A DNA stretch of 32,000 nt from NCBI RefSeq assembly GCF_003428155.1, contig NZ_QLIR01000005.1, positions 1 through 32,000 of the forward strand. The letters are read 5' to 3'. A program made the position numbers and the translations under genes. Numbering within the stretch: the stretch's first letter is position 1; every line of letters starts with the position of its first letter. The DNA comes from Fastidiosibacter lacustris (lineage in GTDB: Bacteria > Pseudomonadota > Gammaproteobacteria > Francisellales > Francisellaceae). Below the pieces are notes generated by a model, which was given only the letters and a program-made list of their open reading frames with translations, had not been told where the DNA came from and searched no databases. This document shows, in pieces, positions 1 through 8,900 of this stretch.

Positions 1-153
1 TCTCCGTGTACTAAATGAAAACGTAATAGGCATGTTAAAACGTTTTAAAATTATTGCCGACAAATATCGGAATAGACGAAAAAGGTTTGGACTTCGATTT
101 AATTTAATAACGGGAATTTACAACTTTGAATTGACTAATTGAGGTTTGGAAAG
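1..153 (+). mobile_element. Right-hand end of an insertion sequence (partial, continues beyond the window start), inserted into cas1
   Basis: An open frame at 2..142 reads like the C-terminus of a transposase. cas1-like coding sequence begins abruptly about 10 nt after its stop codon, so the IS terminus must lie at about 143..153. I could not define an inverted repeat because the other end of the element is outside the window. Confidence 0.5.
2..142 (+). CDS. DDE transposase, C-terminal 46 codons only (IS5-like / DDE_Tnp_4 Harbinger-type by eye)
   Basis: Frame 2 translates without stops to LRVLNENVIGMLKRFKIIADKYRNRRKRFGLRFNLITGIYNFELTN*, with TGA at 140..142. The pattern h-G-x-L-K-R-F-x-I-h-x-x-x-Y-R-N-R followed by an L-x-x-G-I-x-N-F tail is typical of the C-terminal end of IS5-like/DDE_Tnp_4 transposases. 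The family call is from memory, not a search. Confidence 0.45.
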   Translation, partial: LRVLNENVIGMLKRFKIIADKYRNRRKRFGLRFNLITGIYNFELTN

Positions 154-543
154 AACTCTATTAGTGCAGCTTTGCAGGGTGTAGGACTTGATCCACAAAT
201 GGGGTTTTTACATCAAGTGCGTTCAGGTAGAGATAGTTTGGCTCAGGATATTCTAGAAGAATTTCGGTCTTGGTTTATTGATCGTATGGTATTAAGTTTA
301 ATTAATCGTCGTCAGATTAAACCACAGGATTTTGAAGTAGAAGTAAGTGGAGCAGTAAAGCTAAAAGACGATACCAGAAAGCTTTTACTGACTACGTTAC
401 AGACTCGTAAGCAGGAAAAAATTCAGCATCCGTTTTTAGGTGAAGAAGTACAAATTGGTCTTTTACCACATATTCAAGCTCTGCTTTTAGCAAGGCATTT
501 AAGGGGGGACTTGCAAGAATATCCACCATTTGTGCCACGCTAA
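139..543 (+). pseudogene. cas1: cas1 (type I-C style), 3' fragment only; the 5' two-thirds are missing or displaced by the IS
   Basis: The translation ...SISAALQGVGLDPQMGFLHQVRSGRDSLAQDILEEFRSWFIDRMVLSLINRRQIKPQDF...GLLPHIQALLLARHLRGDLQEYPPFVPR matches the conserved C-terminal third of type I-C Cas1 (GLDPxxGFLH, LINRxQ, LLARHLRGD..YPPF). Only about 130 codons are present, whereas Cas1 is normally about 300-350 aa. Stop codons and the transposase tail lie immediately upstream. The TTG at 139 is an ORF-caller artefact, not a real start. Confidence 0.8.
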
Positions 544-553
544 GGAAATAAAC

Positions 554-847
554 ATGCTTATTCTAATAACCTATGATGTATCGTTAAAAGATGAGACAGG
601 TAGTAAACGATTAAGAAAAATTGCTGAAGTCTGTTTGGACTATGGTATAAGAGTACAGAATTCGGTATTTGAGTGTGATGTCAGTTCAGATCAATGGTGT
701 ATATTAAAAGCAAAGCTTTTGGATATCTATGATGCAGATGTAGACAGTTTAGGTTTTTATAAGCTTGGTAAAAATGGGCATAATAAGGTTGAGCATTTCG
801 GTGCTAAAAAAGCGCCAGATGTATTTAAATCTGTCTTGATACTATAA
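554..847 (+). CDS. cas2: CRISPR-associated endoribonuclease Cas2 (97 aa, looks full length)
   Basis: MLILITYDVS...RLRKIAEVCLDYGIRVQNSVFECDV...DSLGFYKLG...VEHFG is the classic Cas2 pattern. The ATG at 554 is preceded by AAGGA at 542..546. The gene follows the cas1 stop directly and precedes the CRISPR repeats. Confidence 0.9.
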   Translation: MLILITYDVSLKDETGSKRLRKIAEVCLDYGIRVQNSVFECDVSSDQWCILKAKLLDIYDADVDSLGFYKLGKNGHNKVEHFGAKKAPDVFKSVLIL

Positions 848-1070
848 AAATGCTTAGCTTCCTAAGCTGTAATTTGATGTTTAACAATTGAAAAATATAT
901 CATTCGCTAATGTGCTGTGCTCATAATTTTTCTATACCTTTAGCGATTAAGTTTCTGCTTGCCCTTAAGCGTTTATATGTTACATTAATACTTGTGTAGA
1001 TAGTTTGGTTTTAGAGGTTAGCGAATAAGCTTGTGTACAGCTAATAAAATCAAGGTTGATTATCTATGCA
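848..1070 (+). promoter_or_regulatory. Putative CRISPR leader (AT-rich, 223 bp between cas2 and the first repeat)
   Basis: The call rests on position and AT-richness. The degenerate repeat is at the far end of the array, which fits a leader on this side. I could not identify a promoter with confidence. Confidence 0.45.
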
Positions 1071-1169
1071 GTCGCACCCCGCATGGGTGCGTGGATTGAA
1101 ACCAACTGTTTAATTGCAAATACAAGTTGCGATTCTTGTCGCACCCCGCATGGGTGCGTGGATTAAGAC
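1071..1169 (+). CRISPR. Minimal CRISPR array of 2 repeats and 1 spacer; the repeat is of type I-C class
   Basis: Repeat 1 is at 1071..1102: GTCGCACCCCGCATGGGTGCGTGGATTGAAAC. The spacer is at 1103..1137: CAACTGTTTAATTGCAAATACAAGTTGCGATTCTT (35 nt). Repeat 2 is at 1138..1169: GTCGCACCCCGCATGGGTGCGTGGATTAAGAC, with 2 mismatches in the last 8 nt as expected for a degenerate terminal repeat. The repeat has the GCACCC/GGGTGC hairpin and the ATTGAAAC 3' handle characteristic of type I-C repeats. Confidence 0.85.
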
Positions 1170-1413
1170 ATCATAACTCAACTCCGATATTGGGTGATAA
1201 ATTGTTTTTTACTAAGTGTTGCTGATTGTTTCTATGAAATTTAATTGAATTACTCCTTAATTTCTAATAAATCTATGTTTTTATTAAACGCTTGGTTTGC
1301 TAGTACTTCGACTAGCACGATAAAGACTTTATAATTATACTAGCCTGCATTGGAATGGTTAGGTTGAATAAACAGTAAAAGAACCAAAAGAATTAAGTTT
1401 AAGATAGGATAAT

Positions 1414-2064
1414 ATGATAAAAAAATGTTTAACTGCAATGGGTATCATTTTAGCAGCAGGAAGTGTGATGGCAAATATTAAAACAGGTTATGGTTATGTT
1501 GAACAGATTTTGCTTTTACCAAGTCAGACTATCCTTGAGGCAAAACTTGACACGGGTGCAGGTATATCATCTATTTCAGTAACTAATATTTATATTTATG
1601 ATAAAGATGGTCAAAATTATATCCGCTTTGATGTAATGCACGAGATGATTAAAGATGATGAAAAAACGGATAAGTCTAGAAAAAAATCCTATGATTTACC
1701 ATTAAAGCGTGACATGAAAATTAAAAATCGTCTAAGTGAGAATATAGAAGAACGATATGATGAGCGACCTGTTGTTGACATGCCTATTTGTTTTGATGGA
1801 AAAATTTATAATATTGAGATGAATCTAACGGATAGATCAAGGTTTAAATATCCTGTGTTATTAGGTCGAAAGGCGTTAATTAAATTAAATGCTGTAGTTG
1901 ATCCTGGTCAAAAATTCACGATAAATCTAGATGATTGTATTAAGCTTTTGGAAAAAGAGAACGAAAAAATAAAGCAAAAATCTAAAGACGCATCAACAAA
2001 TAAAGTGCAAAAGATAGAAACGACGATTGATAGTGAAAAATTAAAAGAAGAAGAAACAAATTAG
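1414..2064 (+). CDS. Secreted retropepsin-like aspartic peptidase (the family is usually annotated 'ATP-dependent zinc protease', Zn_protease/RimB-like) with a Lys/Glu-rich C-terminal tail
   Basis: There is an N-terminal signal peptide, MIKKCLTAMGIILAAGSVMA|N. A D-T-G-A active-site motif (AKLDTGAGISSI) has its DTG at nt 1549..1557. The motif ...YPVLLGRKAL... is conserved in this family. It is the first gene of a conserved three-gene cassette. Confidence 0.7.
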   Translation: MIKKCLTAMGIILAAGSVMANIKTGYGYVEQILLLPSQTILEAKLDTGAGISSISVTNIYIYDKDGQNYIRFDVMHEMIKDDEKTDKSRKKSYDLPLKRDMKIKNRLSENIEERYDERPVVDMPICFDGKIYNIEMNLTDRSRFKYPVLLGRKALIKLNAVVDPGQKFTINLDDCIKLLEKENEKIKQKSKDASTNKVQKIETTIDSEKLKEEETN

Positions 2065-2105
2065 TATAAAGTAAGCAAATCAATTGATACTTGGATAGAT
2101 ATATT

Positions 2106-3695
2106 ATGAGTAAAGTTAATAAACAATTTTTTACCCTATTAATTATTTTATTGCTAGCAGGGATTGGTTTTACTTTATATCAGCATTATAAGCTGGGGTT
2201 ATCCTGGTGGCCAAATGATGAAAATATGACTTGGAAATTTAATACTGAATTACAAATCTTACCTGATACGACAAATTCATCTTTAAAGGTGAACCTGGTT
2301 GTACCAAATTTGCAAAAATCAGATGTATTAGATGAAAATATTAATGCCTCTGGTTTTGGTAAGATTATTTTACGTTCAGAAAATAAGAATAATAGAGTGG
2401 CAGTTTTGTCAAAAAGTGAAGTTAGTTCAAAGCAGACAATTATTTATGATGTAACTGTTGCAAGTAATTCAAGCTTTATTGAGCCCCCTATTCCTGATTT
2501 AGGAAAGGAGAAAAAAAAAATAAAGAACGCTCTTGAACCTAAAAAGCTTATTACGCTTTTGACAACAGCAAAAGACATTGCAGAAAAATCGGCTGATTCG
2601 ACAACTTTAGTTACTCAAACCATTAATTTTGTTAACGATGATGGTAATTTATATTTTTGGCAGGAAATGACTAATGGTAAACCAACAGCAAAAGGTCGAG
2701 CGCAATTGCTCAATTACCTGTTAACACAGCTGCATTTACCTAACGTGTTATTACACGTTGTACCTTATCAATATGAAGGTAAGTTGAACTTAAAAAACTT
2801 GCCAGTATGGGTCAATGTTTATTATGACAATGCATGGCATGTATTTGACGTAAAATCAGGTGCCCCCATTGATGATCCAAATATGCAAGCAATGGTATGG
2901 TGGATGGGCAATGGCAATTTTGTGGATGTTGAAGGTGGTACGGTAAAAATTGTCTCATTTACTGCAACAAAGCAAAGTATTCCAATGGAGCGTTATTTAG
3001 ATTTAAGAAATAATGTAATGAAGCAAAATGTCTATGAATTTTCGTTGCTAAACCTTCCTGCGCAGACACAAGAGATTTATAAAATCATATTAGTGGTACC
3101 CTTTGGTGTGTTAATACTTTTAGTTTTGCGTATTATTATTGGCGTGCCAACCTTAGGGACATTTATGCCTGTACTAATTGCTTTGGCATTTAAAGATACA
3201 ACTTTAATTTGGGGAATTGTGCTTTTTTCTTTGGTTGTTATTTTGGGATTAAGTTTTAGAACATATTTTGAAAAACTACAACTTCTTGTAGTGCCGAGAC
3301 TTGGAATGATCTTGACAGTTGTAGTATTAACGATGGCTTTGATTAGTATTGTGATGCATAAAATGGAACTATCTCAAGGCTTATCAATTACACTCTTTCC
3401 AATGGTGATTCTGACAATGTCAATTGAACGTTTGTCAATAACTTGGGATGAGCGTGGTAGCACAGAAACAATTAAAATTGCGCTTGGTAGTTTGCTTGCA
3501 GCAACGGTTTGTTATGTTTTCATTTTTAATAACTACCTGGAGTATTGGTTTTTTACTTTCCCGGGCTTATTGCTTCTTGTGATGGCTGTTATGTTGTTAA
3601 TAGGGCGTTATCGAGGGTATCGTTTGACTGAGCTATATCGTTTTGAAGCGCTAGCATTAAAAGCAAGTAGCAAAGAAAAAGGAAAAGGGGTCTAA
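2106..3695 (+). CDS. Membrane protein: N-terminal anchor, about 300-aa periplasmic domain (inactive-transglutaminase-like) and a C-terminal 7-TM block (Transglut_i_TM / 7TM_transglut, 'UUP1' type)
   Basis: The start is preferred at ATG 2106 (MSKVNKQFFTLLIILLLAGIGFTLY...) rather than TTG 2091. A hydrophilic region of about 300 aa is followed by multiple hydrophobic helices (IILVVPFGVLILLVLRIIIGVPTLGTFMPVLIALAF... to ...FPGLLLLVMAVMLLIG). The gene lies between the peptidase gene and the ATP-grasp gene, as in the known conserved triad. The stop codon abuts the next ATG. Confidence 0.65.
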   Translation: MSKVNKQFFTLLIILLLAGIGFTLYQHYKLGLSWWPNDENMTWKFNTELQILPDTTNSSLKVNLVVPNLQKSDVLDENINASGFGKIILRSENKNNRVAVLSKSEVSSKQTIIYDVTVASNSSFIEPPIPDLGKEKKKIKNALEPKKLITLLTTAKDIAEKSADSTTLVTQTINFVNDDGNLYFWQEMTNGKPTAKGRAQLLNYLLTQLHLPNVLLHVVPYQYEGKLNLKNLPVWVNVYYDNAWHVFDVKSGAPIDDPNMQAMVWWMGNGNFVDVEGGTVKIVSFTATKQSIPMERYLDLRNNVMKQNVYEFSLLNLPAQTQEIYKIILVVPFGVLILLVLRIIIGVPTLGTFMPVLIALAFKDTTLIWGIVLFSLVVILGLSFRTYFEKLQLLVVPRLGMILTVVVLTMALISIVMHKMELSQGLSITLFPMVILTMSIERLSITWDERGSTETIKIALGSLLAATVCYVFIFNNYLEYWFFTFPGLLLLVMAVMLLIGRYRGYRLTELYRFEALALKASSKEKGKGV

Positions 3696-4637
3696 ATGTG
3701 GTGGATAAGCAAATGGCTAGCATTACGCAAGTCTGGTGTTTTAGGTATTAATGAGCGTAACCTATCTTATATTAAAAAATTTAATAATCGCAAATTTTAT
3801 CCGCTTGTTGATGATAAATTAAAGAGTAAAAAACTTGCATTAGAGCATGGTATTAATGTGCCTGAATTATATGGCGTGATTCATTCAGAGCACGATAATA
3901 AAAATTTAGACAAGATGCTTACCGGTAGAAGTCAATTTGTAATTAAACCTGCTCAAGGAGCAGGTGGTGAAGGCATTTTGGTTATTACTCATTTTATCAA
4001 TAATCGTTATAGATTATCCAATGGTAGGCTTATGACTTTGGACCAGTTAAAATATCATACTTCAACAACATTAAGTGGTGCGTATTCGCTAGGTGGTCGG
4101 CCAGATAAGGCAATGATTGAATATCTTATTCAATTTGATCCAATTTTTGCTAAAGTTGCTTTTCAGGGTGTGCCTGATATTCGGATTATCTTAGTCAAAG
4201 GCTTCCCGGTGATGGCAATGGTGCGCTTACCTACTCAAGTATCCAATGGTAAAGCAAACTTACACCAAGGTGCAATTGGAGCGGGTGTTGATTTAAAAAC
4301 AGGTATAACTTTGCATGGTGTTTGGCACAATGAGATCGTTACTCACCATCCAGATACTTTGCATGAGGTGGAAGGTATTACCATACCTTATTGGCAGAAA
4401 TGCTTAGATATTGCAAGTGCTTGCTATGATATGACTAAGCTTGGTTATTTGGGGGTAGACTTGGTACTGGATAAGGTTTATGGACCACTTATGTTGGAAT
4501 TAAATGCTCGTCCTGGACTTAATATCCAAATTGCAAACCAAGTTGGATTGATCGAGCGTTATAAATTGATTAAGCCTGTGATAAATGGAGATATGACAAA
4601 AGAAGAGCGAATTAAATATGTGCTTGATCGTTTATAA
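3696..4637 (+). CDS. RimK-related ATP-grasp enzyme (alpha-L-glutamate ligase-related protein, rimK_rel_E_lig type)
   Basis: GINERNLSYIKKFNNRKFYPLVDDKLKSKKLALEHGINVPELYGV...FVIKPAQGAGGEGILVI...GVPDIRIILVKGFPVMAMVRLPTQVSNGKANLHQGAIGAGVDL...GVDLVLD...PLMLELNARPGLNIQIAN is the signature of the alpha-L-glutamate-ligase-related ATP-grasp family. The ATG directly follows the upstream TAA (TAAATG), so the two genes are probably translationally coupled. Confidence 0.85.
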   Translation: MWWISKWLALRKSGVLGINERNLSYIKKFNNRKFYPLVDDKLKSKKLALEHGINVPELYGVIHSEHDNKNLDKMLTGRSQFVIKPAQGAGGEGILVITHFINNRYRLSNGRLMTLDQLKYHTSTTLSGAYSLGGRPDKAMIEYLIQFDPIFAKVAFQGVPDIRIILVKGFPVMAMVRLPTQVSNGKANLHQGAIGAGVDLKTGITLHGVWHNEIVTHHPDTLHEVEGITIPYWQKCLDIASACYDMTKLGYLGVDLVLDKVYGPLMLELNARPGLNIQIANQVGLIERYKLIKPVINGDMTKEERIKYVLDRL

Positions 4638-4747
4638 AACAAACGTTTGGAAATTTAGAACTACAAGCTATCGTTTATTAGACATTATTGTAACGTAAAA
4701 GCTATAATCAAATTAACTTATAAAGAAATGTAATCTATATTAAAACA

Positions 4748-5938
4748 ATGAAGTATAAAGCAATGAACGCTATTGTATTAAAAAATAAATATGAATTAAT
4801 GGTAAGAAGTCTAAGAAAAGTATTTCTGAACCTAATGCTGGTGAGCGTAATAAGTTTCTTACTCAATTTATCTTATGCCCAAGATAAAGCACAAAGTGTT
4901 CCAACGGTCGCAGTGAACGTTGGAAAGGTAGAGAAAATCAATGTGCCTGAAACAATTACAGCAGTAGGACATATGCTTGCAGTGAAACAAGTCAATTTAA
5001 GCTTTGATAATAGTGGTAAGTTAGAAGATAAGTACTTTAAAAATGGTGATCGAGTACTTAAAGGTGAAACGGTGGCGTCTCTTGACGATCAACAAAATGT
5101 GGCGAATCTACAGGCTTTACAGGCAAAGCTTAATTTAGCAAAACAAACTTACTCTAGGGTCAAATTATTAGAGCAATCAGGTGCAATTTCAAAAGAGGAT
5201 ATCGACCAGAAATATGCAGGTTTACAACAGGCACAAGCAGATGTTGATCAACAAAAAGTTGTAGTCAATCAGGATAAATTACAAGCCCCTTTTACAGGTG
5301 TATTAGGAACCTATCAGTTTGACGTAGGGGCTTATATTGCAGCAGGAACTGTCGTTGTGCAGTTAACGCAAGAAAGCCCACTTAAAATTCGATTTGCCAT
5401 TCCATCAGAAATGAAACCAAAGATTGCAATTGGGAATGAAGTTGAGCTAACAACAGAAACTTATCCAGAAAAAACCTTTAAGGGAATAGTGAATTATATT
5501 TCTCCTACAGTTAACACCAATACTGGTACGCTTGAAATAGAAGCCGAGGTAAAGAATGATGATTATTTATTATCGCCAGGTATGTTTATGTCTGTATTAC
5601 AAGTTTTACAAGAAAAACGACCTATGCTAGTTTTGCCAGATATGGCTATACAAATAAATCAGCAAGGGAGTTTTGTTTATGTTGTTAATCCTGACCATAC
5701 TGTCAGGGCAACTCAGATTGAAACAGGGCTTATTCGCAAAGGGTGGACGCAGATTACAAAGGGTTTAGCAGAAGGGCAAGAGGTGGTTACCATTGGCGGT
5801 AATAAATTGATAAATGGTGCAAAAATAACCTTTTCAGATGTTCCAGTTCCGTCATTTGATAAGCTACAAAAAGAGGTAAATATTCATATCCATACGAAAG
5901 AAAATGCTAATATTTCAACTACTAAAATAGTGAATTAA
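4748..5938 (+). CDS. RND efflux periplasmic adaptor subunit (membrane fusion protein)
   Basis: The protein has a hydrophobic N-terminal signal or anchor, a coiled-coil stretch (LQALQAKLNLAKQTYSRVKLLEQSGAISKEDIDQKYAGLQQAQADVDQQK), a 'APFTGVLG' lipoyl/beta-barrel motif, and lies immediately upstream of an RND pump. The true start may be the internal Met at 4799 (MVRSLRKVF...). Confidence 0.85.
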   Translation: MKYKAMNAIVLKNKYELMVRSLRKVFLNLMLVSVISFLLNLSYAQDKAQSVPTVAVNVGKVEKINVPETITAVGHMLAVKQVNLSFDNSGKLEDKYFKNGDRVLKGETVASLDDQQNVANLQALQAKLNLAKQTYSRVKLLEQSGAISKEDIDQKYAGLQQAQADVDQQKVVVNQDKLQAPFTGVLGTYQFDVGAYIAAGTVVVQLTQESPLKIRFAIPSEMKPKIAIGNEVELTTETYPEKTFKGIVNYISPTVNTNTGTLEIEAEVKNDDYLLSPGMFMSVLQVLQEKRPMLVLPDMAIQINQQGSFVYVVNPDHTVRATQIETGLIRKGWTQITKGLAEGQEVVTIGGNKLINGAKITFSDVPVPSFDKLQKEVNIHIHTKENANISTTKIVN

Positions 5939-5941
5939 AGC

Positions 5942-8900
5942 ATGAAACTATCAAAAATTTGTATTCAAAGACCCGTATTTGCGGTTGTACTAAATCTTAT
6001 GATCATCGTGTTAGGGATTGTGGGTTTTAGCTATTTGGAAATACGCTACTTTCCTAAAATTCAGCAAAAAACTGCTACGGTATCTATTTCCTATTCAGGT
6101 GCTTCGCCAACACTTATTAAAAATGACGTTACTATTCCTGTTGAAGATGCCCTATATAATATTGATGGACTTGTAAAAATTACATCAACAAGCTCATATG
6201 GTAGTAGCACAATTAATTTAACCTTTGCTGATGACGCTGATATGACTGATATGATGGGGCAAGTACGCGACAACATTTCTAGTATTATGTCACAAAGGCT
6301 TCCTGCTGATATTAATTCCCCTAATATTAGCCAAGGCGGGGTTGAGCGACCCGTACTGAATTTAGGTGTGATGGATAAAGATTTGACTTCAGCTCAAATT
6401 CGAGATTATGTACAAAGAAATATCATGCCTATTTTTCAATCTGTCCCTGGTATGGGCGCTGTTTGGGTATATGGTGCTAGTGATTATGCAATGCGTATTT
6501 GGCTAAATCCGCAAAAAATGGCTGCTTTAGGCATTACGATAAGTGATGTTCAAAAGACACTAAATAGTAATAATATTAGTTTTTCAGGGGGTAGTATTAG
6601 AGGAAAATATCGTAACTTTTCAATTAGTTCAGATACTGATTTAAAAACTGCTCAGCAATTTAGAAATCTGGTAGTAAGAGACGATCCTAATGCCCCTGTT
6701 TATTTGAAAGACATTGCAAAAATTGACTTAGGCAATGCAAGCTTAAGCGATTCTCCAATGCTCATTAATGGTCAAAATGCGATTAGTGTGCAGCTAAGAC
6801 CGACAGATAATGCTAATCCAATTATGGTAGCAGCTCTTGCTAAAAAAGAGCTAAAAAAAGTTGAAGGCAATCTGCCACACGGTATGGAAGTTAAAATTGT
6901 ATATGATCAATCTACTTTTTTACAAAAATCTATAACAGATGGGTATGATACTTTAATTGAAGCAATTATTTTGGTGATGATTGTTGTCTTTATTTTCTTA
7001 GGCAGTATTCGTGCGTCACTTATCCCTATTTTAACTATTCCTGTATGCGTGATTGGTGCTTTTGGTGTCATGCTGTTGTGTGGATTTAGCATCAACGTTG
7101 TCACATTATTGGCGATTATTCTTGCAATTGGTCTTGTCGTTGATGATGCAATTGTTGTACTAGAAAATATCCATAGACATATCGAAATGGGCAAAAAACC
7201 ATTTAATGCAGCTATAGAAGGCTCAGCTGAGATTGGCTTCTCAGTGATTGCAATGACTTTAACCTTAGCAGCTGTTTATGCACCAATTGGCTTTTTATCT
7301 GGATTTAGTGCAACTATTTTTAGAGAATTTGCTTTTACATTGGCAGGTTCCGTACTTATTTCTGGGTTTGTGGCACTTACTCTTTCACCGATGATGTGTG
7401 CTTATATTCTTAGAGCACGAGAAAAAGAAACAAGAATTGAAATTTGGCTCAACCATGCATTTGATAAGCTCAATGCTGGTTATGGAGAAGTACTTAATAT
7501 TGTATTAAAAGCAAAATATTGGGTGGTAGGATTACTAATTTTATTAGCTGGATTATGTTATCTATTATTTAGAATTATGCCACAATCCTTTATTCCAAAA
7601 GAGGATATTGGTTATTTTGAGGCCAATATTAATTCACCGCCAAGTGCTGCACTTGATTATACAAACTACTACATGAACATATTGAGCAAGCGTGTTTATG
7701 CTGATAGTCCCTACATTTTAAACAATGCCGAATATATTTTTTCAGGCTCAGGTAATAATTTTGTGACGATGCAACCTTGGGGAGAGAAGCGGAAGGTGCC
7801 AACACAAGAAATCATTCCAAATCTTCTCAAAGAAGCTCAACAAATTCCAGGTATAAAGGTGAGTATGAATATTCCCGATCCTGTGAGCTTTGGACCAGAT
7901 GCAGATAGTTCAGATTTAATTATTTATCTTCATAATGTCGGACCTGTTGAGAATTTAGTCAAGGCAGCAGATGTGCTTACTAGTAAACTTATGCAGTATC
8001 TAGGTTTAAATAACGTTAATAATGGTCTTAAGTTTGATAACGTTGCTTATAATGTAACGTTTCAACGCAATTTGGCTGCAAGTGTTGGGGTGGATCCACA
8101 GAATATTGCAGATACTTTTAGTATTTTAATGAGTGGGAAACATATTACCGATGTCAAGACTGATGAAAAAAGCTATCAAGTATTAGTGCAAATGAATTTA
8201 CAAGACCTTTCAAGTTTTGGTAGTTTAGATAAAATCTATGTACCAAGTAAATCAGGTCTAATGATTCCATTATCAAATTTAATCAAGATCAAACCAGAAG
8301 TCAGACAAAGTAGTTTTTTTAGATATAATCGGGTTAACACGGCTCAGATTACGGCCAATATTAACGATGGTTATAGCATGAGTGAGGTTTATAATGCGGT
8401 GAATAAAATTGCTAGTCAAACTCAACTCAATGGGGCGAGTATTGACTATGGTGGACGTATGGCTGCATTTTTATCTTCAAATGGAACTATGTTTGGATTA
8501 TTTGCTTTGGCATTGATCTTTATTTATTTGGTATTGGCTGCCCAGTTTGAGAGTTTCGTCGATCCTTTTATTATTTTGTTGACTGTGCCTTTATCTACAG
8601 TTGGCGCTTTGATTACAACATTATTAACAGGTGGAAATTTGAACCTCTTTACAAATATTGGTTTAATTACGCTGGTTGGCTTGATTAGTAAACATGGAAT
8701 TTTAATTACTCAGTTTGCAAACGAAAACTTCAAAGAGGGAGTCAGTCTTGTTGAAGCAGTTAAAGTCGGGGCCATTACACGCTTGCGTCCTATTTTAATG
8801 ACAACATCTGCAATGGTGTTAGGTTCTCTTCCATTAGCACTAGCAACAGGAGCAGGAAATATTTCGAACAATATGATTGGTTGGGTGATCGTTGGTGGGC

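Noticed and set aside
530-553. The track ORF for cas2 starts at 530 (MCHAKEIN...) and overlaps the end of cas1.
   Set aside because: The ATG at 554 gives the canonical Cas2 N-terminus (MLILITYDV) and has an AAGGA Shine-Dalgarno 7 nt upstream. The 8 extra codons have no homology support.
852-867. Small hairpin GCTTAG-CTTC-CTAAGC directly after the cas2 stop, considered as a possible terminator.
   Set aside because: The stem is only 6 bp and no U-tract follows. That is too weak to call, and a terminator here would conflict with a leader promoter reading into the array.
1178-1210. Possible third, degenerate CRISPR repeat, because TGGGTG recurs at 1192..1197.
   Set aside because: Registering that hexamer to the repeat would place a third repeat only 8 nt after repeat 2, leaving no room for a spacer. 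The flanking bases also do not match the repeat.
2091-2105. TTG start at 2091 for the 7TM protein gene, as given in the ORF track.
   Set aside because: The ATG at 2106 follows immediately and gives a typical Lys-rich N-terminus before the first TM helix. The five extra codons are unsupported.
6091-7194. Antisense ORFs inside the RND pump gene (6091..6276 and 6907..7194, minus strand).
   Set aside because: They are embedded entirely in a strongly supported CDS on the other strand. Their translations are low-complexity mirror images with no recognisable family.
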